Assembly (NCBI GenBank): GCA_951406725.2
Contig: OX597838.1
Location: forward strand, 13,144,001 to 13,208,000
DNA length: 64,000 nucleotides
Direction: 5' to 3'
Origin: Octopus vulgaris
Taxonomy: Eukaryota
Positions within the stretch are counted from its first letter, which is position 1, and every line of letters starts with the position of its first letter. Made by a program: the position numbers and the translations under genes. The notes beneath the pieces were generated by a model, which searched no databases, was not told where the DNA came from, and saw only the letters and a list, made by a program, of their open reading frames with translations. Of this stretch, positions 47,744 through 60,283 are shown piece after piece.

Positions 47744-47811
47744 AACAACAGCAGCAGTCTTGAGTGTGATGATGGTGGTGGCGGCGGTGGTGGTGGTGGT
47801 GGAGACTTGGG
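47744..47811 (+). CDS. PXN: Probable paxillin-gene exon ([23 protein letters not shown]), phase 0 in and phase 2 out
   Basis: atttcttttctttgccaaccctcAG| … TGGG|GTAAGC, strong sites at both ends; 68 nt; 13 + 68 = 81 nt restores frame between 28443 and 57387. Confidence 0.55.
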
Positions 47812-47903
47812 GTAAGCAAAAGAGGCGGGGCAGCGCTGAAAAATCGCATCCATTTATTTATCATTTCAACAATCATAATTTCATGTTTTGCAAACAGTGT
47901 GTG

Positions 47904-47947
<44 letters not shown>

Positions 47948-47979
47948 TGTATGTGTATATATATATATATACATAAATA

Positions 47980-48011
<32 letters not shown>

Positions 48012-48299
48012 CATAAATATATATGTGTATATATATATATATATATACACATAAATATATATGTATGTGTATATATATATATATATATATATGTGTGTAA
48101 TATGAAAGTATAACACAAGCATTGTGCTGAAGAGTATGCAATATATTTTTATATAATCTTGCGGTGATATCATCATCATCATCATTGTCGTCATCATCAA
48201 AATTGGATCAAGTCTTATTTACTTATTTACTTTAAACTGGTATGAAGAACAGTGGTAGGTTTAGTAGCTTGCTAGGCCAGTCTGCAAGTCTGCAACTAT

Positions 48300-48374
<75 letters not shown>

Positions 48375-49836
48375 TGATGTGTATCATGGTTTTTTAGTGA
48401 AGTACAGGGTATTTTGTTAAGTTCAAATTATGTAGTTCATGGTGTGTATGTGTATAAGCTTACATACATGCATATATATACATATATACACCTGTAATTA
48501 TAACAATACCCAGATGGAGGTTGTTTTTCACATAACTTTGTTTAGCCAGAAAATAACTGTAGAAATAGAGAAAGCCTCTCTCTCCAAAAATGTCTTTTTA
48601 GCTAACCAACTTTCAGAGCCATGGCACCAAGCCTAAACATATGTCTGTGCGTGTATGTGTGTGTACCTGTATACTCGTGTTGGTGTGCAGGTATTAAATT
48701 TATAAACAAAAAAAAGGCAAAATATAAATACAAATTCTGGTCTGAAACAGTTCTCTGTAAGTAGTTACCAAGTTGGTTCCAGAATAGTTTAAGGAATGAG
48801 GTGAAAGCCAACGAATCATAAAATATTGGAAGCACCTGACAGAACGTTTGAACATTTGCTGGATCCTGGCACAAGAATTCCACTATTTTATTGTTGGAAA
48901 TCATGCAAACTCCAAGAAAGCTTAAGAATTTCTTGAAATCTTAGAAGAGAAAAAGAGGTTTATTAGAAGGGAAATGGAAATTTTAAAAAAGTAAAGAGAG
49001 AAACCTAAGATTTAATGAACTTTATCTGATATATATATATATATACATACATGTGTATATACACAGTATTATTTAGCACTGAAAATGTTAAATTTCACAC
49101 CTTGCCATTTTCTTACTTCTGTAAACTTGATGTTTCTCTTCTGTGAAAAACAAGATCTAAAAATTGCATCACTAATTGTGTGTTTGTGTCAGAGTTTCAG
49201 TGGTTTAACAATGTTATTACACTTAGTCTAGATTCAAACATTGCAAGTTTGAATCCAGCTCAACGAGGTGTATTCATCTCATGCACTGAACATTAAAACT
49301 TCAGTCAGAAATCAAAACAATTGAAATAATTCCTTTAAAATTATAATCTTCGTAACTACAGCTCATCTCAGATATTTTTCATATCTAATAATAACCATGT
49401 TATAATAATAATAATTATTATTATTCGAAGTAGTATTAGTATTATTATTATAATGATGTTTTCCTTAAATTTTAGCATTTCTTTCATAAGTTATTAAAAA
49501 GATTGTACGGGATTTGTTACTCTAAGCATGAAAGAAGGTATCATTGCTTCAAGACAGCCGTTGGTGGCCCAATAATTTGAGGTTTTGTTCAACTGTTCTC
49601 TCAGTGGGTCTGGGATTTCTAGAAGAGAAAAAAAAGAAGCAAAAAAAGCGAAGCTTGATAACAAAATAAACATCTTATTTGTTTTTATCTTTTGATTTCG
49701 GTTTCTTTTCCAAAATGGGATTTGATTTGAAAATTTCCAAATGTAACCATTTAAAGATAAAGTAGCGATAGAACACAAGCGGTGCTTTCTTGTAAAACCT
49801 TGATTTACTTTAGCATGTGCATTTATATATATGTGT

Positions 49837-49879
<43 letters not shown>

Positions 49880-49969
49880 GTCTTGTCTCATCTTGGTTTC
49901 CCCGGGTATGCCTTTGTGTAACAACAATGAAGGTGAGATTATGAAATGTATGGCTCTGATTTAACTGAG

Positions 49970-50011
<42 letters not shown>

Positions 50012-50747
50012 GAACAGAAATAATGATAAGCTTAATAAAGAAAAAAATCTTAGGGGGAAAAGTCCTAAAGATATATGAACCAACAACACAACAACAAATC
50101 TGGCTAAATGAAACATCTAAGAGAATGGTAGACATGAAAACCCGAAAACCAGAGAAATCAATGGACTAATCTCACAGCTGTCTTCATCCTTCTTCAACCG
50201 TTGCACTCACAAATCATTAACCGATATTGATACTTTGTGAGGTTGTTTTCTGGCCAACTCTCTCTCTTAATCCCTCTCGCAGTTTATTCGGCTTCTCTTT
50301 TTCAAGACAATAAACTTAATAAGAAAAAGAAAAAAAGAAGAAGAAAAAAGGGTGCAAAAATGGTGCTTTTTTTTTTTTCAATGTATTTGAAACCAATTTA
50401 TTCTTCAATGTCATCTCAAACTTGCCCAGGAACTTGGAAGAAAACAAAACTAACAAACAAAAAAGACAAAATTCTTAAAGACAAATTCAAAATGGCTAAC
50501 AACGTCTGCTGAAGTTTCTGGAAAGGTTAGAAAGAAACTCTATGAACTGCATGATTCTTTGATGTGAATTTGGCATCTTTTATTTCAGTTTTCTGTTTGT
50601 CTTCATCTTCTTCTATTTAAAGTCTCCCTACTTAACCATTAATCGTTATGTGTGCATGCATGTGCATGCATATGTATAGTATGAATATATATGCATATAC
50701 TTATATTATGTAATACAAATATATGTTATATATATATATATATATAT

Positions 50748-51097
50748 ACAATTGCAGCGTGGAAGGTGTTTATAAGCCATTTAAGAAACACACAAAAGCC
50801 GTTCGATTCACTTCAACATTTAAGTTTAATTTAGTCAAAATATTTTCGTCGCTAAAATCCGCGACCTGTTCACTGACAAAGTCCGTGCTGCATCTCAAAC
50901 AGCAAGGACTTTGTCAGTGAACAGGTCGCGGATTTTAGCGACGAAAATATTTTGACTAAATTAAACTTAAATGTTGAAGTGAATCGAACGCTTTTGTGTG
51001 TTTCTTAAATGGCTTATAAACACCTTCCACGCTGCAATTGTTTTCGTTTCAGCACACGATCTCAGATCAAATTACTTGCTATGCGAGTACATCTCCG

Positions 51098-51099
<2 letters not shown>
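50748..51099. mobile_element. Foldback element in (TA)n: ~137-bp near-perfect inverted arms (50748-50884 / 50906-51041) plus a unique tail
   Basis: Arms match except for one 1-nt indel; related single-arm copy at 23888-24022. Confidence 0.85.
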
Positions 51100-51136
<37 letters not shown>

Positions 51137-51141
51137 AATAT

Positions 51142-51445
51142 GGAGGCGCAATGGCCCAGTGGTTAGGGTAGTGGATTCGTGGTTGTAGGATCACGGTTTC
51201 GATTCCCAGACCGGGCGTTGTGTGAGTGTTTATTGAGCGAAAACACCTAAAGCTCCACAAGGCTCCGGCAGGGGGTGGTGGCGATCCCTGCTGTACTCTT
51301 TCGACACAACTTTCTCTCACTCTTTCCTCTGTTGGCCTGCTCGCTTAGCCAGTGGGGTGGCGTCATTTGAAGGCTAAAACAATGTGAAGCGCATTGTGAC
51401 CAGCGATGTGTAGCAACATCTGATAGCCTGGTCGGTCACGGTGAT
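51142..51445 (+). mobile_element. tRNA-derived SINE, family D
   Basis: ggcgcaatggcccagtggttag (A box) … ggtttcgattccc (B box); tgtaatat on both flanks. Confidence 0.75.
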
Positions 51446-51668
51446 ATTATGTAATATGTGTATATGTATGTAAATATGCATTATATTTTATACCATATAT
51501 ATATATATATATGGTATAAAATATCATACATATAGTATGTAATATATCATATGCGCACACACCTTCATGTGAACAGGATTAACATGCAAGTCTATTAGAG
51601 TCTTGAATAAATGCTTGGCAGAGTGGAGGAAATGTACAGTATATATATATATATATATATACATATAT

Positions 51669-51900
51669 ATCATCATCATCATCGTTTAGCGTCCGCTTTC
51701 CATGCTAGCATGGGTTGGGCGGTTCAACTGGGATCTGGGAAGCCAGAAGGCTGCACCGGGCTCCAGTCTGATCTGGCAATGTTTCTACGGCTGGATGCCC
51801 TTCCTAACGCCAACCACTCCGTGAGTGTAGTGGGTGCTTTTACGTGCCACACGAGGCTGGCAAACGGCTATGATCAGATGGTGCTTTTTACGTGCCAGCA
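51669..51900 (-). mobile_element. Family C repeat
   Basis: Similarity to other family C copies. Confidence 0.8.
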
Positions 51901-53448
51901 GCACATATGTGTGTGTGTGTGTGCGTGTTTAGATAACTGCCCACTCTGTTATATTCGGACAATATGAAAGAGGAGAGTGAAGGGTCTTCGCCTCATTCCT
52001 GTCTTCTCCAATGATTTACAGTCAGAAATTTGGATGTGATGTTTGTGTGAAGCCTTGATATATGAGCTTTAATAATCTAGTTATTTGGACAAATAGAAAT
52101 ACATACATGCATAAGAAGAGAGTGACACACTGAGAAACTGATCATAATTCGTCTACACATATATCATTGTATTTGTGTGTATATGTGTGTATATAATATA
52201 CACACACATGCACACATGTCATCAATATTAATGTCCATTTTCCATGTTGGCCTGGGTTGACTGTTTGACGGGCTGGTAAGCCGTCCTCATCATCATCATC
52301 AAACATGCAATCTCTATGTTCACATGGGTTAAATATATATGTGTGTGTGTATATGAAAGAGAGAGAGTGTATATGTATGTTCTCAGGCGTATACATGCTC
52401 ATGGACGAATGATAGCTGTGTGTCAGTGTGTGTGTGTATATGAAAGAGAGAGAGAGTGTATATGTATGTATGTTCACAGGCGTATACATGCTCATGGATG
52501 AATGATAGCTATGTGTCAGTGTGTGTGTATATGTATGAAAGCAAATGTATTCGTGCTAAAATGCTGTTAACTTTGTTTTGTTGTATTTGGCTGTATATGT
52601 AACACATAAAGCAATAACAATATTAATAACAATAATAACAACAATACTAATAATGATAATATTGATGAACATTAGAAATAATACCTTGATGCTTCTGTTA
52701 AATGTTGCCGTACTGGTTGTTTTGAGTAGTGCATGTCCTAATAGAAAGTGAAAGTTGATTTTTTATTTGTGGGAGGTGGGGCAGGGAGGGCAGTGATGGT
52801 GGGGAGGTCTATAAAAAATATCAATTTTTTTTTCCTTTCTTTTTTTGAATTTATTTTTTTTGTATTTTATTTGCAAACTACATTGTACACATTTATTTGT
52901 ACTGTACATGTGTATATTATTCACTTCCCTCTCTCTTTGTCTTTCTCTGTCTTTCTGTCTCTATCTTTCTCTCTCTCTCTCTCTCATTGTCCTTCTCTCT
53001 TTATCTCTTTCTCACAAACACAAAAACATACATTTGTTCTTTTATTTGGTTCATTTAATGTTCATTTCTTTTCATGGTAGCATGGATTAGAAAGGGACTT
53101 ATTTCAAACAGGATTTTACAATCAGATGTTCTTCCCCTTGATAATCCCTTACTTCTCTCCTCAAGTAAGGGATTTTGTTTTTATTTCAGAGGTCTTAAAA
53201 AGATTCAGCACAGTCAATAGTCAACATCATTGCCATTTCACTGAAGCAGTGACAAGCATAGAATATCAACAATTGTGCACATACACAGACAAGCACAGGA
53301 CCCCGAGGGTCCTATTTTGAAGAAGATTTTTTCTCACGTTTTATTGATGCCGTGTCACATTCTGAACTTGAGTAGAGAAAAATGTCCTCATAAATAGATT
53401 CAGCTTCAGTATCATATTAATTATATTTCACCCTATATCTGTAATATA

Positions 53449-53577
53449 CAGGGTGTCCCAAAAAAATGTATACACACCTTAAATAATTGTAAATTTGTTA
53501 TTCTTTGTAAGCCTAGTACTTATTCTATCGTTCTCTTTTGCCGAACCACTATGTGTATACATTTTTTTGGGACACCC

Positions 53578-53579
<2 letters not shown>
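53449..53579. mobile_element. 131-bp Tc1/mariner-type MITE with 28-bp perfect TIRs, carrying a family A SINE fragment
   Basis: TA|CAGGGTGTCCCAAAAAAATGTATACACA … TGTGTATACATTTTTTTGGGACACCCTG; internal 53498-53550 matches the family A SINE 3' part. Confidence 0.85.
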
Positions 53580-53637
<58 letters not shown>

Positions 53638-54344
53638 TATTCAAAACGTTTGTGTGGTGTGTATATCTGAGTGTAATGTATATTTTGTGTGTGATCAAGG
53701 TATTTCAGCTGTTATAGTATATCAAGGACTACACAATCCAATGTGATGTCTTTTTTGTTAAGGTAAGAAAGCTGGGACTTGGGGTGGATTTGGTATCTGT
53801 AGCTGGTGTAGCAACAGTAAAGACTCCTTCATTTGTTTGATGCAAGTAGTAGAAAACAGTTAATGTAAGCAAAGGAAAGAAGAGACTCAGAAATATAAAT
53901 AGTACAAGGAGTAGCTGTTTGGACGACTGACTGGTAAAGAAAATTACGCCTGTCAGACCACACAGCATCGCTCTGAATTTTTTAATGCTTACTAGAGTTA
54001 TCTCCCCTACAACAACTAGTTCTACGTCCTCATAAACTAAGGAAAAAGTGTTGTGTGAATATATCCATATAAGCACACACATATATGTTCACGCATTTGC
54101 GTGTATATGTGGGTGTATATGTAAAATAGGTATAACTGCACGTAATTTCTTATATATACACGTGTGTGTGTATATACATTTACTTGTATGTGTGTGTAAA
54201 TACACACACGCAAACAAACCAAATTTGGTTGTGAACATCCAACATTGGCAACAGCAATAATTAAAATTGTCAAATTATCCATTCCTATATGTATCATTGA
54301 TTGGCAAACACTTAACGAATGCGGCAAGATGGTATATGTCGGAG

Positions 54345-54927
54345 AAGGCGGCAAGCTGGCAGAAACGTTAACGCCCCGGGCGAAATGGTCAGCGGTGTTT
54401 CGTCTGTCGCTGCGTTCTGAGTTCAAATTCCGCCGAGGTCGACTTTGCCTTTCGTCCTTTCGGGGTCGATTAAATAAGTACCAGTTACGCACTGGGGTCG
54501 ATATAATTGACTTAATTCGTTTGTTTGTCCTCTTTGTGTTTAGCCCCTTGTGGGTAGTAAAGAAATAGGTATTTCGTCTTTCTTTTCGTTCTGAGTTCAA
54601 ATTCTGCTGAGGTCGACTTTGCCTTTCATCCTTTCGGGGTCGATTAAATAAGTACCTGTTACCCACTGGGGTCGATGTAATTGACTTAATCCCTATGTCT
54701 GTCCTTGCTTGTCCCCTCTGTGTTTATCCCCTTGTGGGTAGTAAAGAAATAGGTATTTCGTCTGCCGCTGCGTTCTGAGTTCAAATTCCACCGAGGTCGA
54801 CTTTGCCTTTCGTCCTCGATTAAATAAGTACCTGTTACGCACTGGGGTCGATGTAATCGACTTAATCCGTTTGTCTGTCCTTGTTTGTCCCCTCTGTGTT
54901 TAGCCCCTTGTGGGTAGTAAAGAAATA
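54345..54927 (+). mobile_element. Family B SINE head-to-tail trimer within a single 14-bp TSD
   Basis: Junctions aagaaata|ggtatttcg at 54567/54568 and 54751/54752; TSD ggtatatgt(c/t)ggag at 54331-54344 and 54928-54941. Confidence 0.9.
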
Positions 54928-55133
54928 GGTATATGTTGGAGGGTTCATATTTGAGGGTGACAAATATTTAATATTTCCGTTCTGTAAACATTTTGGTTGA
55001 AGTGACTCCTCATTTTTCTTTTCAGTAATTAATCTTTCTTGTTTAATTATTCTAACATTAAGTATGTTATCTATATATTTATTTATAAGCGTGTTTGTGT
55101 TACCAATTGATTCATTGCTTGTTTTATTATTTA

Positions 55134-55164
<31 letters not shown>

Positions 55165-55480
55165 ATAATAATAATAATAAATAATTATTCCATATTTTTA
55201 TTGTTATTATATTTGGTATTATTGCTGTTTCATTATTATTATTATTATTATTATTGTTGTTGTTGCGGATTTGTAGAGTTGTGAAAGCATTGCAAAATTG
55301 CTTTGCTGTATTTATTCCAGTTTCAGTTCTTTACATCCTGGGTTCAAATTCCACCAAGATTGATTTTTACCTTTCATCTGTTCAGGGTCAATATAATGTG
55401 TACCAATTTAGCACTGGTGACAACATAATGAACTTACCCCTCCTTTCAAAATTGTTGGCCCTGTGCCAAAATTAGAAAGA

Positions 55481-55524
<44 letters not shown>

Positions 55525-55634
55525 TACTACTACTATTATTATCATTATTACTATTATTATTATTATTATTATTACTACTACTATTATTATCATTATTATT
55601 ATTATTATCATTATTACTATTATTACTATTATTA

Positions 55635-55668
<34 letters not shown>

Positions 55669-55853
55669 CATTATTATTATTATTATTATTACTACTACTA
55701 CTATTATTATTATTATTACTACTACTACTATTATTATCATTATTACTATTATTATTATCATTATTACTATAATTATTATTATTATCATTATTACTACTAT
55801 TATTATTATCATTATTATTATTATTATTATCATTATTACTATTATTATTATTA

Positions 55854-55882
<29 letters not shown>
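55481..55882. repeat. Long (ATT/ACT/ATC)n trinucleotide microsatellite
   Basis: Seen directly; source of the poly-I and poly-N pseudo-ORFs. Confidence 0.95.
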
Positions 55883-55884
<2 letters not shown>

Positions 55885-57263
55885 GATGAATCATTCAGAC
55901 ATCAAACAAAATCCCTTACCTATTTGTTCCAGCTGTTTTTCTTCTGAGTTCGAGCCTTTGCCTTTCATCCCTCCAGGGTCAGCAAAATTAAACACTAATC
56001 AGAAAATAGGGTCCATGTAATTGACTAATCTCCTTGCTCCTGCCAAAAATTTTTTTTAGTTACTTGTGCCAAAGTTAGAAAGGATTATCTTTAAGATGGT
56101 GATCTAGCAGAATTCTTAACAGCATTTCATCCATCTTTACATTCTGAGCTCAAATTCCTCTGAGGTCAACTTTGCCTTTCATTATTTTCGGGTTGATGAA
56201 ATAAGTACCAGTCATGTACTTGGGTTGATGTAATTGACTAGCCCCCCACTTCCCCAATATTTCAGGCCTTGTGCCTATACTTGAAAGGACTATTATTATT
56301 TGACACGGTTCATTTTCAGTCTTACTCCTTGTAGAATTTATGTGGGTGGCAGGTCACTACATATACCCTTAGATCTCCACACAGTTTCACTAAATGCTCA
56401 AAACCCTTCTGAAGATCTTTCCTATTCCTAAGAGGCAAACTTTCCATAGAAGTTCTCTAGGATATTCCATTTCAGTCTACTTTGTCCATTTGTCTCAGGC
56501 TCCCATGGCTTTTATGGGTTTTTCCACGAGTAACCTTTCGAAGCGCCTCCCCCTATTAAGGGAGTTTTAATTGTTACTTATATTTCATTGTTATCCAGCT
56601 TTTGTACACGGACTTTTTTCAAACGGACAAAACCCTTTGTAACTTTCATCCTGTGTTTTGTCCCTTTATGTTTTAATTGATTTTTGTTAGCCCTTGTGGC
56701 CAATAAACGAATTAATTATTATTATTATTATTATTATTATTGAGCTGCAGAATTTTTGGTATGTCAGAGAAAATGCTTCATGGTATTTCTTCAGAAATAG
56801 TTGGAAGAAATACCACTAGGCATTTTGTTTGATTCACTAAAAATTGTGCAGCTCATTGCTTTAATACTAAAGTTGTGAGTTTAAATTTCACCAAGGTTAA
56901 CTTTGCCTTTCACCTCTTTGAGGGTCAATAAAACAAGTACCAGTCAAATTACATAATCAAGTTGCCCCTCCCCACAAATTTGCCAGGCCTTGTGCCTACA
57001 ATAGAAGTAGTTATAATTTTCAAGTTATTTGGCAACATTTCCTCTGGTTCTGGGTTCAAATTCCTCCAAGATCAGCTTTGCCTTTCAACTTTTCAGGGTT
57101 GATAAAATAAGTACCAGTTGTACACTGGGGTCGATCTTATCAACCAATCCCACTCCACCAAACTTTCAGGCTTTATGCCTAGAATAGAAAGTATTATTAT
57201 TATTATTTTCATCCTTATCATTTGCATTATTTTTATTTGCCTTATTTGCATTATCTTTATTTC

Positions 57264-57302
<39 letters not shown>

Positions 57303-57386
57303 TATTATTATTATTATTTGCCTTTTAAATTTATTTTCCTTTTAATTTAATCCATTTTCCTTTGTTGACCTTCCTTTTTTTGTCAG

Positions 57387-58313
57387 GCCTCCTCCACCAC
57401 TACCACCATCTTCACTTCCTCTTTCTCAACCTTTCCCCGGGTTTCCCCACATGGAATCTGCAGTGACGAAGCAAAGCATGCAGTCCTCCACTTCGGACGG
57501 CAACTACAGTAGTTTCCAGTCATCGGAGACGGTCAAATCATCTTCGGTGTCAACCCATAGCACATCAGCAGATGACGCTTGCAGTACGACTGCATTCACG
57601 GGCGGCCTCGTTGACGTCCCATCTGCCTTTGTGCCTGTCCATCCTCTCGGACCAGCTCCAGTGATTTCCGAGCAAATGGAATCAAAGAGTTCCCAGAGTT
57701 ATTCGAAGCTGGAGAGCACCGACTCGAAATCTGAAGTGATGCAGAAGAGTGAACAGTCGACGATGGAGCGGTCAGAGAAATATGCCATGTCTTCATCGAC
57801 ATTGCAACAACAACAACAACACCAACTGCCGCAGCTTCAACAGCCCCCCTTGATGATGATGATGATGAGTAACAAAATGCAGAGTGAGGGTCAGGGCCAG
57901 GGCCAGGGCCACGGCCTGCCTGTTGCGGACATGAGCGCTCCGCCGTTCCCTGTCCAGCAGAGCTACGAGACAAAGTCCGAGCAGAGTCACATCTACAAGA
58001 AGATTGAGCACAGTGACGTGTCCCAGGGTTTTCCCTGCCCACCGCCACCGCCCCTAGCTCCTTCAGCGCAGCCGATCCCGCTGCAGATCGGCACTGGTCA
58101 AGCGGACAGTTATTATCAGCAGCAGCAGTATCAGCAGCAGCAGCAGGACTCCAGCCCTGGTTACCAGGTGTTGTCTCCTTTCCAGAGCTCGCAACACTAC
58201 GAGTCTAGTGTCTCCGAACAACAACAACAACACCAACAGCAGCAACAACAAGAGGTTGTCACCTCTTCCATGCAGCAACACTCCTCTACATCTGCTTCGG
58301 ACAATTTCCAGAG
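57387..58313 (+). CDS. PXN: Large paxillin-gene internal exon (309 codons; Pro/Ser/Gln-rich, PPPPLPPSS…SDNFQR)
   Basis: ccttcctttttttgtcAG| … CAG AG|GTTAGA; 927 nt, phase 2-2; GC-richer than flanks; splices in frame to the LD4 exon. Confidence 0.75.
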
Positions 58314-58455
58314 GTTAGATTCCATCCCAGTGCATGACTGAGTGAAGTGCCTTAATCTGAAACTGCATTCTTAACAAATCAACATGTATATACATATATA
58401 TATATATATATACATATATATATACATGTATATATATATATACATATATATATAC

Positions 58456-58515
<60 letters not shown>

Positions 58516-58535
58516 ATACATATATATATATATAC

Positions 58536-58572
<37 letters not shown>

Positions 58573-58634
58573 AATAATATATTATACAGTATATGTATAA
58601 AATATATAGGTATATATATATATATGATATATAG

Positions 58635-58677
<43 letters not shown>

Positions 58678-59977
58678 ATATTATACAGTATATGTATAAA
58701 ATATATATGTATATATATATGATATATAGGTACATACCTATAAAATATATATATCGCTAGTATATATATGTAGAATATGTGTGTATATGTGTATATCCAC
58801 ATATATACACACACATGTATACACAAACGTATGTACACAGTATGTCCCATATTTAAGGCAGCATTTAACATGAATTTCAGCTCTTAATTGTTGCCTTTCT
58901 TATGGGACACCTGGTGCCCAGCCATAGTTTGTTTCTTTCCTCCCGCTCCCACTTAACCCTCACCACCTCCTCCTCCTTTTGGTTTTGTTTTTTAACATTT
59001 ATTTTTTTTGTTTTGTTTTGAATTTTTTTTTTTGTAATATTTAGTTGCTTTGGTTGCTTTTTTTGTTGTTGTAATTATTAGATATTTTTTGGTTTTTTTT
59101 TGCTGTTGTTGAATTATTTATTTATGAAACCTAACTCATTTCTGTTGGTATGTGCATGTATGCGTGTGTGTACTTTTCTCTGTGTGTGTGTGTGTGTGTG
59201 TGTATTCATACTCACACACATTCACACTTACGTTTTCTTATATATTTTCCATTTGACACAAACATGAAGGTATTTTTGATATTTTGTTGTTTGTGTTTAT
59301 TTGCTCTTTCCTCTGTTCTTGGTTTGTTTTTTTTCATAAATTTTGTTGCTTTGAGGTTTCATACTTGCTGCTCCTCTTGCAAGCAGTGCGGGGAAAGCAC
59401 TGGGCTTGGGGTTTCTTTTTGGTATTTAGTTACATCCCTTAGTTCCAAACTTCCACAAAGTTTATTTGCAACATGTACACACACACACACACACACACGT
59501 ATCCCTTCCAGCATGCTGAAGTTTCTACACTTGTGTATATATACACACATCCCTTTCAGCCAGCTGAATAAAAAAAATTGATAAAATATTGATAAAAAAA
59601 AAAAAAAGGAAATACCAGTTAAATATTGGGGGTATTGATTAAATCTACAAAATGCCCTTTCTGGGAAAGAAAATCGTTGTGGTTCTACACCAGTGTTGTT
59701 GATGTTTGCGATTATTATTATTATTATTATTATATATTTTCTATTTATTTATTCAATTTTTTGCTGCTGTTGTTTTCCTAACATGTTTTTTAGTTTGGAC
59801 ATTTCTCTAACGCTCTAAGCTGCATGGAGTCTGGTGGTCTTGACACAGACAAACACTCTGCTGTTGAGACATATATTACAAGTTTATATATAAATATATG
59901 TATATCTATATCTATCTACAAACATGCACACACACACATATATACATATAGATATATTTATATCTTTATCTCTCTCT

Positions 59978-60016
<39 letters not shown>

Positions 60017-60017
<1 letters not shown>

Positions 60018-60283
60018 GATATAGGATAAAAAATTTTTCGGGTAAAAAATGTTATCAATGGCCAGCGTATCAAAAAATGCCTTTAAAGGTAAAATTTATA
60101 CATAATTTACAAGATAAGGGCAGAAGAAAAATTCTAATGCCAGATACGCCGAAACAAAAAAAATTGTCGATAACCATTAAATTTTCGAGACGCATAAATT
60201 TAATGGTTATCGACAATTTTTTTTGTTTCGGCGTATCTGGCATTAGAATTTTTCTTCTGCCCTTATCTTGTAAATTATGTATA
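60017..60283. mobile_element. Foldback element in (TA)n with perfect 88-bp inverted arms (60097-60184 / 60196-60283) and an 11-nt spacer
   Basis: Arms are exact reverse complements; a unique segment precedes the left arm. Confidence 0.85.

Noticed and set aside
48823-48940. Possible minus-strand exon DFKKFLSFLGVCMISNNKIVEFLCQDPANVQTFCQ
   Set aside because: Weak donor, no phase link to the left-edge gene and no recognisable homology
51142-51215. tRNA-like sequence (also the heads of family A and B repeats)
   Set aside because: Continues into a SINE body with no clean acceptor stem; SINE heads, not tRNA genes
55408-56020. Poly-Ile and poly-Asn ORFs
   Set aside because: (ATT)n microsatellite
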